In this document: positions 13,036-26,136 of the stretch, piece by piece | Position numbering within the stretch: the stretch's first letter is position 1 | Layout: each line of letters opens with the position of its first letter | NCBI GenBank assembly: GCA_046563655.1 | Contig: JAJCTO010000010.1 | Coordinates: 1,240,001-1,269,211, forward strand | DNA length: 29,211 bases | Reading direction: 5' to 3' | Source: Yuukianura sp. NJ FZ-2021 | Lineage: Eukaryota | Notes under the pieces: generated by a model | The model's input: only the letters and a program-made list of their open reading frames with translations | What the model was told of the DNA's origin: nothing | The model's database searches: none | Position numbers and translations under genes: made by a program

Positions 13036-13104
13036 AATGTTTTAAGTTAACTAAACTATTAGCCTTCAAAGCTGAATTTAAGAATAATAATTTTTTAAAC
13101 ATTA
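13036..13104 (+). tRNA. trnW: tRNA-Trp(UCA)
   Basis: Acceptor AATGTTT/AAACATT; TTAGC-CTTCAAA-GCTGA. Confidence 0.88.
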
Positions 13105-13135
13105 ATTGCTTCTTATAGAAATTCTCAGTATATTA

Positions 13136-13198
13136 CAAGACTTTATCTTAAATAAATCTAAAAATTTGCAGTTTTTTGTTTTTCTTAAACTAAATCTT
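13136..13198 (-). tRNA. trnC: tRNA-Cys(GCA)
   Basis: Plus strand AAAAATTTGCAGTTTTT is the GCA anticodon arm on minus; W-C-Y order. Confidence 0.8.
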
Positions 13199-13229
13199 TC
13201 CCTGCTCAATATTTCTAATTCGAATATTT

Positions 13230-13296
13230 TGATAAAAAGTTTATTTAACCCTTATTAAATTTACAGTTTAATGCCTTTCTACTCAGCCATTTTATC
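13230..13296 (-). tRNA. trnY: tRNA-Tyr(GUA)
   Basis: Plus strand TTAAATTTACAGTTTAA; acceptor GATAAAA/TTTTATC; lies directly before cox1. Confidence 0.88.
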
Positions 13297-13440
13297 TAAT
13301 CGATGACTACTTTCTACAAATCATAAAGACATTGGTACCTTATATTTTCTTTTCGGTATTTGATCTGCCTTTGTAGGAACTGCCTTTAGTATTCTTATTC
13401 GTTTAGAACTTGGTCAATCCGGACCTTTTATTGGGGATGA
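13289..13440 (+). pseudogene. cox1: cox1 5' fragment truncated after ..GPFIGD
   Basis: [47 protein letters not shown], then an abrupt switch to non-mitochondrial sequence at 13441. Confidence 0.92.
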
Positions 13441-14590
13441 CCCAGAGGGAGGACATTAGAAAGAAAAGATAGGAGGGAAAATGTGACGTCAGTAGGTACA
13501 GACGCTCTTCCTCCCACTGCCACTCGAAAGTACTCTTCTCTTATACGGCGGCGTTCATATTCAAGACAAACAATTATTTATGTAAATTATATTTTATTTA
13601 ATCATAATCGAATTTGGATTATGATTTCAGATTGATAATCGGTTATGGTAGTCACTGAAAAACGACTAGTTTTTGCTAGAAGGTTGTTGGTGGATGCTGA
13701 GAAATCATCAGTAATCACTGAAAATTTGCTTCCGTCAGCTATCACTGAAAACATTTTGGTCACTGAATAATCATCAGTGACCATTGACAATTTTAGTAGT
13801 TACTGAATAATTTGTAGTCACTGAAAATTTTTAGTTAACACCGCAGAGTCATCGCTAAAAGTATTTAGTGGTCACTAAAAACTTACAGTGATCAGTGAAA
13901 AATCATCAGTGTTCACTGATAACATTTTGGTGGTCACTGAAAAATCATCAGTGTTCACTGATTTGTTTGTACTCGTCACTGAAAAGTTTTTGGTGTTCGC
14001 TGAAAAATCATCAGTGTTCACTGATAACATTTTGGTGGTCACTGAAAAATCATCAGTGTTCACTGGTGGTCACTGAAAATCATCAGTGTCCACTGAAAAC
14101 ATTTTGGTGGTCACCGGAAAATGTACAATGATAATTGAAAAATCCTCATTGATCACTGAAAAATCATCATTGATGACTAATCACTTTCAATTTAGATTAA
14201 TCAGTGGCAAATGGCAATTTTAACTTTAGGAAGGATGAAGTCAAGACGAGTTAAACATATTCGTGTGCACTGTTTATCTTTTGCTTTTATAAACAGAAAT
14301 CAGCCCATGTTTAAGTTTATGAATATCTTTTTGTGAAAAGGGGAGGAGTTTGAATAACTTTATATTCATAAACATAAACAAACTAACGCAGAGTGTTTTC
14401 CTAAGTGTCTATTGATTAATACTTAAGTTGACTAATTATTAGTCAGCTCGATGCAAGTAAACCAACCCATACTTATAAGGCACACTCTAAGCGTCGGTAC
14501 CTACTGACGTCACTTTTGGGCGGGCTCAGAGAACTTCAAATTCCAAAACTCTTTACACAGTCATGTCCCTACCCGATATATAATACCCTG
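13441..14590. mobile_element. Non-mitochondrial 1.15 kb spacer, probably a non-autonomous DNA transposon or MITE-like fragment
   Basis: Sub-terminal 24 bp inverted repeat (23/24) GTGACGTCAGTAGGTACAGACGCT at 13483-13506 and 14490-14513; no real ORF; no clean TSD found. Confidence 0.55.
13650..14180. repeat. Degenerate minisatellite (~21 bp core TCACTGAAAAATCATCAGTGT / TCACTGAAAACATTTTGGTGG)
   Basis: Repeated TCACTGAAAA cores; these produce the repetitive ORFs at 13875-14131. Confidence 0.85.
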
Positions 14591-16898
14591 AAAAAAAAAC
14601 GTTTTTTCCCCCCACAAAAATTAAATTTTATATTTTTATTCTTAAATTACAAAGCCCCCTTTATAACCTAAGGTTTAAAAAAAAAACGTTTTTTCCCCCC
14701 ACAAAAATTAAATTTTATATTTTTATTCTTAAATTACAAAGCCCCCTTTATAATCTAAGGTTTAAAATACAAAACCCTATAATGGATTTTAACGCTTCAC
14801 TTTTCTGCCTTAAGCTTTTTAGAAAGTCAAAAAAAAACGTTTTTTCCCCCCACAAAAATTAAATTTTATACTTTTTATTCTTAAATTACAAAGCCCCCTT
14901 TATAATCTAAGCTTAAAATACAACCTATAAGTGAATTTTAACACTTCACTTTTCCTGCCTTAAGCTTTTTAGAAAGTCAAAAAAAAACGTTTTTTCCCCC
15001 CACAAAAATTAAATTTTATATTTTTATTCTTAAATTACAAAGCCCCCTTTATAATCTAAGGTTTAAAATATAAAACCTATAATGGATTTTAACGCTTCAC
15101 TTTTCTGCCTTAAGCTTTTTAGAAAGTCAAAAAAAAACGTTTTTTCCCCCCACAAAAATTAAATTTTATATTTTTATTCTTAAATTACAAAGCCCCCTTT
15201 ATAATCTAAGGTTTAAAATATAAAACCTATAATGGATTTTAACGCTTCACTTTTCTGCCTTAAGCTTTTTAGAAAGTCAAAAAAAAACGTTTTTTCCCCC
15301 CACAAAAATTAAATTTTATATTTTTATTCTTAAATTACAAAGCCCCCTTTATAATCTAAGCTTAAAATACAAACCTATAATGGATTTTAACGCTTCACTT
15401 TTCTGCCTTAAGCTTTTTAGGAAGTCAAAAAAAAACGTTTTTTCCCCCACAAAATTAAATTTTATATTTTTATTCTTAAATTACAAAGCCCCCTTTATAA
15501 TCTAAGCTTAAAATACAAAACCCTATAATGGATTTTAACGCTTCACTTTTCTGCTTTAAGCTTTTTAGAGAGTCAAAAAAAAACGTTTTTTCCCCCTACA
15601 AAAATTAAATTTTATACTTTTATTCTTAAATTACAAAGCCCCCTTTATAATCTAAGCTTAAAATACAAAACCCATAGTGAATTTTAACACTTCACTTTTC
15701 TGCTTTAAGCTTTTTAGAGAGTCAAAAAAAAACGTTTTTTCCCCCTACAAAAATTAAATTTTATACTTTTATTCTTAAATTACAAAGCCCCCTTTATAAT
15801 CTAAGCTTAAAATACAAAACCCATAGTGAATTTTAACACTTCACTTTTCTGCTTTAAGCTTTTTAGAAAGTCAAAAAAAAACGTTTTTTCCCCCCACAAA
15901 AATTAAATTTTATATTTTTATTCTTAAATTACAAAGCCCCCTTTATAATCTAAGCTTAAAATACAAAACCTATAGTGAATTTTAACACTTCACTTTTCCG
16001 CCTTAAGCTTTTTAGAAAGTCAAAAAAAACGTTTTTTCCCCCTACAAAAATTAAATTTTATACTTTTATTCTTAGATTACAAAGCCCCCTTTATAATCTA
16101 AGCTTAAAATACAAAACCTATAGTGAATTTTAACACTTCACTTTTCCGCCTTAAGCTTTTTAGAAAGTCAAAAAAAACGTTTTTTCCCCATACAAAAATT
16201 AAATTTTATACTTTTATTCTTAGATTACAAAGCCCCCTTTATAATCTAAGCTTAAAATACAAAACCTATAGTGAATTTTAACACTTCACTTTTCCGCCTT
16301 AAGCTTTTTAGAAAGTCAAAAAAAAACGTTTTTTCCCCCTACAAAAAATTAAATTTTATACTTTTATTCTTAGATTACAAAGCCCCCTTTATAATCTAAG
16401 CTTAAAATAAAACCTATAATTGAATTTTAACACTTCACTTTTCCGCCTTAAGCTTTTTAGAAAGTCAAAAAAAAACGTTTTTTCCCCCCACAAAAATTAA
16501 ATTTTATACTTTTTATTCTTAGATTACAAAGCCCCTTTATAATCTAAGCTTAAAATACAAAACCTATAGTGAATTTTAACACTTCACTTTTCCGCCTTAA
16601 GCTTTTAGAAAGTCAAAAAAAACGTTTTTCCCCCTACAAAAATTAAATTTTATACTTTTATTCTTAGATTACAAAGCCCCCTTTATAATCTAAGCTTAAA
16701 ATACAAAACCTATAGTGAATTTTAACACTTCACTTTTCACGCCTTAAGCTTTTTAGAAAGTCAAAAAAAACGTTTTTTCCCCCTACAAAAATTAAATTTT
16801 ATACTTTTATTCTTAGATTACAAAGCCCCCTTTATAATCTAAGCTTAAAATACAAAACCTATAGTGAATTTTAACACTTCACTTTTCCGCCTTAAGCT
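14591..16898. repeat. Second array (~15-16 units) of the ~149 bp trnS2-nad1 repeat, starting with two partial units
   Basis: Same unit as 5840-8357. Confidence 0.95.
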
Positions 16899-16903
16899 CA
16901 TCT

Positions 16904-17850
16904 TTATCCTCTTACTATAACTTTTACACCATATATTAGTAAAAAATAACGTAAAGATAAGGGTAAATAACTCTTTCATGCTACTTCTATCAGCTTATCA
17001 TATCGTAATCGAGGCATTGTCCCACGTACCCACACAAACATAAAACAGACTCCTACACCCAATAAATTAAATACTATTACATTTCTTATAGCTCCTATAA
17101 ATACTAAAACAATTAAATAACTCATAAAAATAATTCTTGCGTATTCCGCTAAAAAAAATTAATGCGAACCCTCCTCTTCCATACTCAATATTAAACCCAG
17201 AAACTAATTCTGATTCTCCTTCAGCAAAATCAAATGGAGTACGATTAGTTTCTGCTATTCTTAGTCTAATTCAAATCATTAATAAAGGTAATATAGTCAA
17301 CCCTCTTAATATCCCAAATTGGTTTTTAGTATAGTTAAAAAATCTAATCCTCCTAATATGCATACTATTGCTAAAAAGAATAATATAAAGGATACTTCAT
17401 ATGAAATAGTTTGTGCTACTCCCCGTATCGCTCCTAACATTGCATAACTAGAATTTGAAGATCATCCTCTTCCTAAAAGACCATATACTCTAAAACTTCT
17501 ACAACAAAAAAATAATACTCTTCCCAACTCTAATCTAATATAATTTCTTCCTGTAGGTATAGTTGCTCATATTGTTAAAATGATAAAAAATGTTAAAGCT
17601 GGAGCTCAATAGTATATATAGAGGCTTCTTAATCTTACTAAAAATTGTTCTTTTCTAAATAATTTAATTGCATCGCTAAAAGGCTGTAAGATCCCTATAA
17701 CCCCTACTTTATTAGGACCTTTACGAATCTGGATATATCCTAAAAGTTTACGCTCTAATAACACAATAAATGCTACACAAATTAATACCCCAACTACTAT
17801 AATTAAGTATGAAATTACCAAAAAAACATAAGAAATAAATTAATTTCTAT
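16904..17850 (-). pseudogene. nad1: nad1 (copy 2), with a 1 bp homopolymer deletion at ~17340
   Basis: Near-identical to copy 1; A6 versus A7 at 17337-17342. Confidence 0.9.
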
Positions 17851-17856
17851 TAACTT

Positions 17857-17921
17857 ATTAATTACAATAAATTATTATATTCTAAGAACCTAAATCTTAT
17901 GCACTATTCTGCCAAATTAAT
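17857..17921 (-). tRNA. trnL1: tRNA-Leu(UAG) copy 2
   Basis: Duplicate of 9316-9380. Confidence 0.88.
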
Positions 17922-19129
17922 TTGTGGCTATAAATAACATTTAAGTTTACTAATCCTTTCGTACTAAGTAACTTTCTTATAACTTAAAGATAGAAACCAA
18001 CCTGGCTCACGCCGGTTTGAACTCAAATCATGTAAAAATTTAATGGTTGAACAAACCACCTTAATAAAGTACTGCCCCTATTAGGATTTTTAATTCAACA
18101 TCGAGGTCATAAGCTAATTTATCGATTAGAACTCTCCAAATTAATTATGCTGTTATCCCTAAGGTAACTTTTTCTTTTTAAAATGAAAGATTAAATAAAA
18201 TTTTTCTTTTTTTTAAAAAATTTTAAGAGATTTTTGTTACTCTTATGTTACTCCCAACAAAATTTTCTTAGCTTAATATTTATTCATCTATTTTAAATAT
18301 AAAGCTACAAAAATAAAGATCTATAGGGTCTTATCGTCTATTAAGAATATTTAAGTATTTTCACTTAAATTCTAACTTCAATTTTTAATATTAATAAAAT
18401 ACACCTCAGTTAAATCATTCATACCATTTCCTAATTAAGAAACTAATGATTATGCTACCTTAGCACGGTCAGTATACCGCAGCCCTTTATATACACAGTG
18501 GGCAGATTTTACTTTTAATTTAAACCTAAAAGAAATGTTTTTGTTAAACATTCTAAAGTATACTTGTCGAATTCATAAAAATTACCAATTGTTTTAGTTA
18601 CACCAATTATATTTTATTTACTAATTTAAACAATATAATGCTTAATACTTTATTTTTTATTACTTTATGTATTTCTATAATAAACTTTTAATTAAATTTT
18701 TAAATTTCATAAAGAAAGTATAACCTTTTTCTAGCTTCTTTCAAGCCTTTCTCTTTTTATTTATTTTATTAGTTTTCTTAAAATTTAATTTATAAGATTA
18801 CCCTATAAATTTTATTATTAACTTAAACATTCATTTTAGTCACAAAATTTCAACTTAATAACTTAATTATTTAAATACCTAAACCAGATATCTTCAAGAC
18901 CGTAAATATTTCATTTCCAAATTATATTTTCTGTGTATATTTCTACATATACATTTAATTAATTTAAATTTCTTAAGTTCGGGATTTTATATTTTATTAA
19001 TATTAATTTAACCCTTATACAAAAGGTATTAATTCCTTAATTTAATAATTCCTTCACAGTTTCTTATACTAAATTTATTCTTTAATTACTTAAACTTTAC
19101 AAAATATTATTTTTATTTTATTATATGTT
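17922..19129 (-). rRNA. rrnL: Mitochondrial 16S rRNA (copy 2)
   Basis: Same conserved motifs as copy 1. Confidence 0.93.
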
Positions 19130-19197
19130 TTAAGATACTATGACTCAAACATAGATCACTTTAATGTAACTAAAATTCTTTTTCAAGATCCATCTTA
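19130..19197 (-). tRNA. trnV: tRNA-Val copy 2
   Basis: Duplicate of 10592-10659 with 2 substitutions. Confidence 0.8.
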
Positions 19198-19937
19198 TTT
19201 TTCTTGCAAGATCCACTTTCCAGTAGGTCTACTTTGTTACGACTTATCTCGTATTAAACGAGAGTGACGGGCGATGTGTGCATATTTTAGTATAATATCC
19301 AAACCAAATAATATTTAAGATTTTACAAACAAATCCAATTTCTTTTTATTCATCACTAAATTCAATTCATAATTTTAAATTATTGTAATACATTTAAACA
19401 ATCTTATTCACTACACCTTGATTTATCTTCATTAAATTTATTTAAAAGAAAATATCTTTAATATTTTATCTTTAGACAATGATATATAAGTATTTTAAAT
19501 TGTAAAGTCTATCGTGGGTTATCAATTATTTAACATATTCCTCTGAGCTATAAAAATACCGCCAAATTCTTTAAGTTTCAATTATTACTACCCAGGTAAT
19601 AATATTTTTCATTATAACTGGGTATCTAATCCAGGTTTTAATTTATGATCTCATAAAATTCTATTAAGTATTTTATTAACTTATCAATTTCACCTGCATG
19701 AGCTACCTTAAGTCCTATATATTGTTTATCTTTATTTTAACCTACATTATTTATATAGTTATATGTATAACCGCAAATGCTGGCACATATTCTTTCAACC
19801 TATGTTTAATTTCTATATCTATTAAAATTGTATAATTTTATTTACTGAAATTTATTCTTAAATTATATACATGTATTAAAATTATTCTATAAATTCTTAA
19901 GTCAGAATTAAACTTTTTTATGTATACTATTAACTAT
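19198..19937 (-). rRNA. rrnS: Mitochondrial 12S rRNA (copy 2)
   Basis: Same motifs as copy 1. Confidence 0.9.
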
Positions 19938-20289
19938 TATTTAACTCTTTTTTTTTATTTTACAAAAGAGTTAAATAATAAATTAAAAGTTTACTTATAT
20001 TATGTTCACATGTTTATAAATATTATAGATGCGCTTCTATTATATTTAAAGTATAATGATTTTATAATATATATTAAATAAATGTATAGTGGTTTTTTGT
20101 TTTTATTTTTATTATTTAATTATATGTATTTATATATATATATATATTAATTATTATAAAATGAATTTGTATTTTGTTAAATCATCTATATTTGTTATAT
20201 ATGCATATTTTTTGTATACATATATTTGATTTTTGTATAATATTTATTTTTCTTAAATAAGTTCTTTTAGTTTTCATTGAAAACAACAA
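19938..20289. promoter_or_regulatory. Mitochondrial control region (copy 2), stem-loop at 19938-19977
   Basis: Duplicate of 11400-11751. Confidence 0.8.
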
Positions 20290-20358
20290 AATAATGTGCC
20301 TGAAATCTAAGGAATATTCTGATGGAGTATAATATATAGCTTAAAACTATCATTATTA
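20290..20358 (+). tRNA. trnI: tRNA-Ile copy 2
   Basis: Duplicate; GAT anticodon. Confidence 0.88.
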
Positions 20359-20383
20359 TTTTATTGTAAATGTTTACTTTTAA

Positions 20384-20451
20384 TTATAACTAATAAATAA
20401 TATTATTCCTTTCAGCCTCAAAATCTAATGTGCCTTATACACTAAGTTATA
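20384..20451 (-). tRNA. trnQ: tRNA-Gln copy 2
   Basis: Duplicate; TTG anticodon. Confidence 0.78.
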
Positions 20452-20456
20452 ATTTT

Positions 20457-20524
20457 AAAAAGGTAAGCTAAAAAAGCTAGTGGGTTCATACCCCGCCTAT
20501 AGATTATCTGAAGTCTTCTTTTTA
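20457..20524 (+). tRNA. trnM: tRNA-Met copy 2
   Basis: Duplicate; CAT anticodon. Confidence 0.9.
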
Positions 20525-21527
20525 ATTTTCTTTAAATCAAAAATTTTAATTTTTTTCCCTACACTAATCTTTGGTTCAATTTTAACCCTATCATCCTCAT
20601 CATGATTTTCTGCATGAATTGGTTTAGAAATTAATTTAATAAGAATAGCCCCCATTCTATTAAATAAATCTACTCCTAAATCCACTGAAGCTACTATTAA
20701 ATATTTCATTTTTCAAGCTTTAGCCTCTTCCATGCTATTTTTTTTATTCTTTCATCATCTGTTATATTTTTTTATTCTCTAGGAAATTACCTTCTATATA
20801 TTATTACAGCTTCGTTAACTCTCAAAATTGGAATATCCCCCTTTCATTTTTGATTTCCTCAAGTAATAATATGCAGTGATTGACCCCAATGTTTTATTCT
20901 CTTAACCTGGCAAAAACTTGCCCCATTTATTCTCCTATCTTTCTGTTTTTGTAATTTTTTTAATTTAATTATTCTTCTATCAGCTTTCATTGGTACACTT
21001 GGAGGGATTAATCAATTCAATACCAAAATCCTTTTAACTTACTCTTCAATTATTCATTCTTCTTGAATATTAAGTTTAATTATCGCAAATAATTTATTTT
21101 GAGTTTTTTATTTATTAGCCTACACTTTAATGACTTTATCCATTTTATACCCATTATCCTCTTTTAATTCTTCTTTTTTCAATAATTTTTTTTAATAAAA
21201 TTTTCATCATTTTCTAAATCTTTATTCTTTATTAATTTCCTTTCTATTGCAGGTCTACCCCCCTTCTTAGGTTTCTCAATCAAAATTTTTACCCTTATTT
21301 CTTTATTTAATTCTAACTTTAGAATTTTTCTCATTCTCGTTCTTTTATTAAGATCATTTGTTTCATTTTATTTTTATTTACGTATAATGTTTTCGTCACT
21401 TTTTAATTTTTCTTGAATTAATAGCTTTATTTGGTACAACAAAAATAACTTTAAGTTAGAAATTTGATTTATTTTTATTTCCTTTTTTATTAATTCGTTT
21501 ATTTCTCTTGCCATTATTTTAATTTAA
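20525..21527 (+). pseudogene. nad2: nad2 (copy 2), with two 1 bp deletions (~20736, ~21190)
   Basis: 1003 bp versus 1005 bp in copy 1; same peptide motifs. Confidence 0.9.
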
Positions 21528-21574
21528 ACATTTACTTAATTATTTATTTATGTGATAAATATAAAAATTAAGTA

Positions 21575-21643
21575 AATGTCTTAAGTTAACTAAACTATTA
21601 GCCTTCAAAGCTGAATTTAAGAATAATAATTTTTTAAACATTA
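21575..21643 (+). tRNA. trnW: tRNA-Trp copy 2
   Basis: TCA anticodon arm. Confidence 0.88.
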
Positions 21644-21671
21644 GTAACTTCTTATAATTTCCAGTATATTA

Positions 21672-21734
21672 CAAGACTTTATCTTAAATAAATCTAAAAA
21701 TTTGCAGTTTTTTGTTTTTCTTAAACTAAATCTT
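21672..21734 (-). tRNA. trnC: tRNA-Cys copy 2
   Basis: Duplicate of 13136-13198. Confidence 0.8.
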
Positions 21735-21765
21735 TCCCTACTTGATATTTTTAATTCAAATATTT

Positions 21766-21823
21766 TGATAAAAAGTTTACTTAACCCTTATTAAATTTAC
21801 AGTTTAATGCCTACAACTCAGCC

Positions 21824-21831
<8 letters not shown>
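21766..21831 (-). tRNA. trnY: tRNA-Tyr copy 2
   Basis: Duplicate; GTA anticodon. Confidence 0.88.
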
Positions 21832-23380
<1,549 letters not shown>

Positions 23381-23444
23381 TTTAATATGGCAGATTAGTG
23401 CACTGAATTTAAGCTTCAAATATGAATAGTTTATTCTTTTAAAA
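23381..23444 (+). tRNA. trnL2: tRNA-Leu(UAA)
   Basis: TTTAATATGGCAGATTAGTGCACTGAATTTAAGCTTCA...; between cox1 and cox2 (pancrustacean arrangement). Confidence 0.92.
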
Positions 23445-24140
23445 ATCCCTTCATTTTTTAATCTCTCGTTTCAAAATGCTTCTTCACCTTTAATAGAAGA
23501 ATTAATTTTTTTCCATGATCATACCTTAATAATTCTTATTCTTATTACTATAATTGTTTTTTATAATATTGTTTCTGTTACTCTTACACCAGATCTTAAT
23601 AAATTCATAAGTGAATCTCAGACATTAGAAATATTTTGAACGATTACTCCAACTTTTATTCTTATTATAATTGGGGGGCCATCTATTCGCCTACTCTATA
23701 TATTAGATGAAGTATATACTCCTATAATTTCTATTAAAGTAATAGGTCATCAATGATATTGATCTTATGAATATTCAGATTTTAATAATATTGAATTTGA
23801 TTCTTTTCTTATTCCTTTTAACTCTAACCAAACTAATAATTATTCTTCCTTACGACTTTTAGATGTAGATAATCGATTAATTATCCCGTTTAATACTCAA
23901 ATTCGTACTCTAGTTTCTGCAACAGATGTGCTTCATTCATGAACTATTCCTTCATTAGGTGTAAAAACAGATGCTATCCCTGGGCGTTTAAATCAACTTA
24001 ATTTTTTAGTTAATCGTCCAGGCCTTTTTTTTGGACAGTGTTCTGAAATTTGTGGAGCCAATCATAGTTTTATACCAATTACTCTAGAAAGTGTAAATTC
24101 TTATACATTTATTAACTGAGTAAACAATTTTATTAATTAA
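23445..24140 (+). CDS. cox2: Cytochrome c oxidase subunit II
   Basis: [49 protein letters not shown]; 231 codons. Confidence 0.95.
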
Positions 24141-24168
24141 CAAATAATTCCATTTTATTATTTTATAT

Positions 24169-24239
24169 CATTAAATGGCTGAAAGTAAGCACTGGTCTCT
24201 TAAACCACTTTATAATAAATTAACATATATTTTTAATGA
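24169..24239 (+). tRNA. trnK: tRNA-Lys(CUU)
   Basis: CATTAAATGGCTGAAAGTAAGCACTGGTCTCTTAAACCA...TTTAATG. Confidence 0.92.
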
Positions 24240-24303
24240 AAGAATTAATTTAAAATAAAATTTAGATTTGTCATAACTAATATATGCTTAAGCATATTCT
24301 TTT
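24239..24303 (+). tRNA. trnD: tRNA-Asp(GUC)
   Basis: TTAGATTTGTCATAACTAA anticodon arm; K-D-atp8 order. Confidence 0.82.
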
Positions 24304-24480
24304 ATTCCTCAAATATCCCCTTTTAATTGAATCTTTTTATTATTATTATTTTTATCAATTTTGTTTATTTTAATTACTAAGTTGTTTAATAATATTGACT
24401 CAAACTTATATAATTCTTCTAATCTAAAAGTTTCTAAATCTTTATTTAAAAACACAAAATTTATTTCATGAACATGATAA
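24304..24480 (+). CDS. atp8: ATP synthase F0 subunit 8
   Basis: Starts IPQMSPFNW; ends with the ATGATAA overlap with atp6. Confidence 0.92.
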
Positions 24481-25154
24481 GTAGTCTATTTTCTAGTTTT
24501 GATCCTTGTTCAACTTCTTCATTTCTACCTTTTAACTGAATTAGATCTCTAATTATTTTATTCTTGATTCCTTTACAGTATTGATTTATTAGTAATCGGC
24601 TTAATATATTGTTTTCTTTAATAATTCAAACCCTTCATAAGGAGCTTAAATTATTAATTTCTTCTTCATTCATAAATGGGTCTACTATTTTATTTATTTC
24701 CATTCTTTTAATGATTATATTTAATAACTTTATAGGGTTATTTCCATACATTTTTACATCTTCTAGTCATCTTGTTATAGCTTTCTCTTTAGCTGCTCCG
24801 TTATGGTTAACATTTATATTTTTTGGATGAATTTTTAATTCAAAACATATATTTGCTCATTTAGTTCCCCTTAGTACCCCTAATTTACTTATACCTTTTA
24901 TAGTTCTAATTGAGTCTATTAGTAATGTAATTCGACCAGGTACTCTAACAGTTCGTCTTTCGGCTAATATAATTGCTGGGCATCTTCTTTTAACTCTCTT
25001 AGGAAATCAAACTTCTCATTCTTCAAATTTTTTCCCTTTAATTTTTTTACTTATTATTCAAGTTGCATTATTATTGTTAGAATCAGCCGTTGCTATTATT
25101 CAAGCTTATGTTTTCACAGTTCTTTCTACACTTTATTCTAATGAAGTTAAATAA
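24474..25154 (+). CDS. atp6: ATP synthase F0 subunit 6
   Basis: [50 protein letters not shown]. Confidence 0.95.
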
Positions 25155-25183
25155 CAACCTGTGTAATTTAGTGTTGTATAGAT

Positions 25184-25973
25184 ATGCTTACAAAAAATAA
25201 CCATTATTTTCATATAATTGATATAAGACCATGACCTCTTTTTGCCTCTTTATCAGTTCTTATTATTGTCTCAGGTTTATCTAATTGATTTTCTAACAGA
25301 AGCTACATTTTAAGTTTAAGAGGAATATTGGCTTTACTTTTAACACTTTACCAATGATGACGTGATGTAACTCGAGAAAGTACATTTCAAGGGCTTCATA
25401 CCATTATTGTTATAAATGGGCTTCGATGAGGTATAATTTTATTTATTACATCTGAAGTCCTATTTTTCTTTTCTTTTTTCTGAGCTTTTTTTCATAGTAG
25501 ATTATCACCAACTTTTGAAATTGGAGCCACTTGACCTCCTTTAGGAATTATTACATTTAACGCTACTCAAGTTCCTTTACTTAATACTTTAATCCTTTTA
25601 TCTTCAGGAGTTAGTGTTACCTGATCTCATCATGCTCTTATAGAAGGTAATTTTACACAAATAATTCAAGCTATTATTATTACTATTATTTTAGGGAATT
25701 TATTTTACTTTACTTCAAGGGTTAGAATATTATGAAGCATCTTTTAGTATTGCAGACTCAGTCTATGGAGCTACTTTTTTTGTTGCTACGGGGTTCCACG
25801 GGCTTCATGTTATTATTGGAACTCTTTTTCTTTTTTTTACTTTTATTCGTATATACTTAGCCCATTTTTCGCCTAGTCATCATTTTGGGTTTGAAGCAGC
25901 AGCTTGATATTGACATTTTGTTGATGTTGTCTGACTTTTTTTATACTTAAATTTATACTGGTGAGGTAGTTAA
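25184..25973 (+). pseudogene. cox3: Cytochrome c oxidase subunit III with a +1 G at ~25695
   Basis: [48 protein letters not shown]; length 790 = 3n+1. Confidence 0.92.
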
Positions 25974-26136
25974 TTTTTTATATAAATTTATTATTGGAAT
26001 GCAGGGAATGCAGGGTAATAATAATATAGACCCAGCTTACAGTAATCAATTACTCTTAATTCAGTTATGCCATACACATTTTGGGTTAATTGTACCTTTG
26101 ATTTGGCACTAATGGGTTTTTGAAACATAATTTCAG

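Larger units (their letters stand above)
4590..13440. other. Mitochondrial DNA insertion (NUMT) copy 1: cob to the 5' stub of cox1
   Basis: Genes read in the invertebrate mitochondrial code and in pancrustacean order, flanked by nuclear-type spliced genes. Confidence 0.85.

Noticed and set aside
13602..14131. Four short ORFs with repeated peptides
   Set aside because: By-products of the ~21 bp minisatellite, open on both strands.
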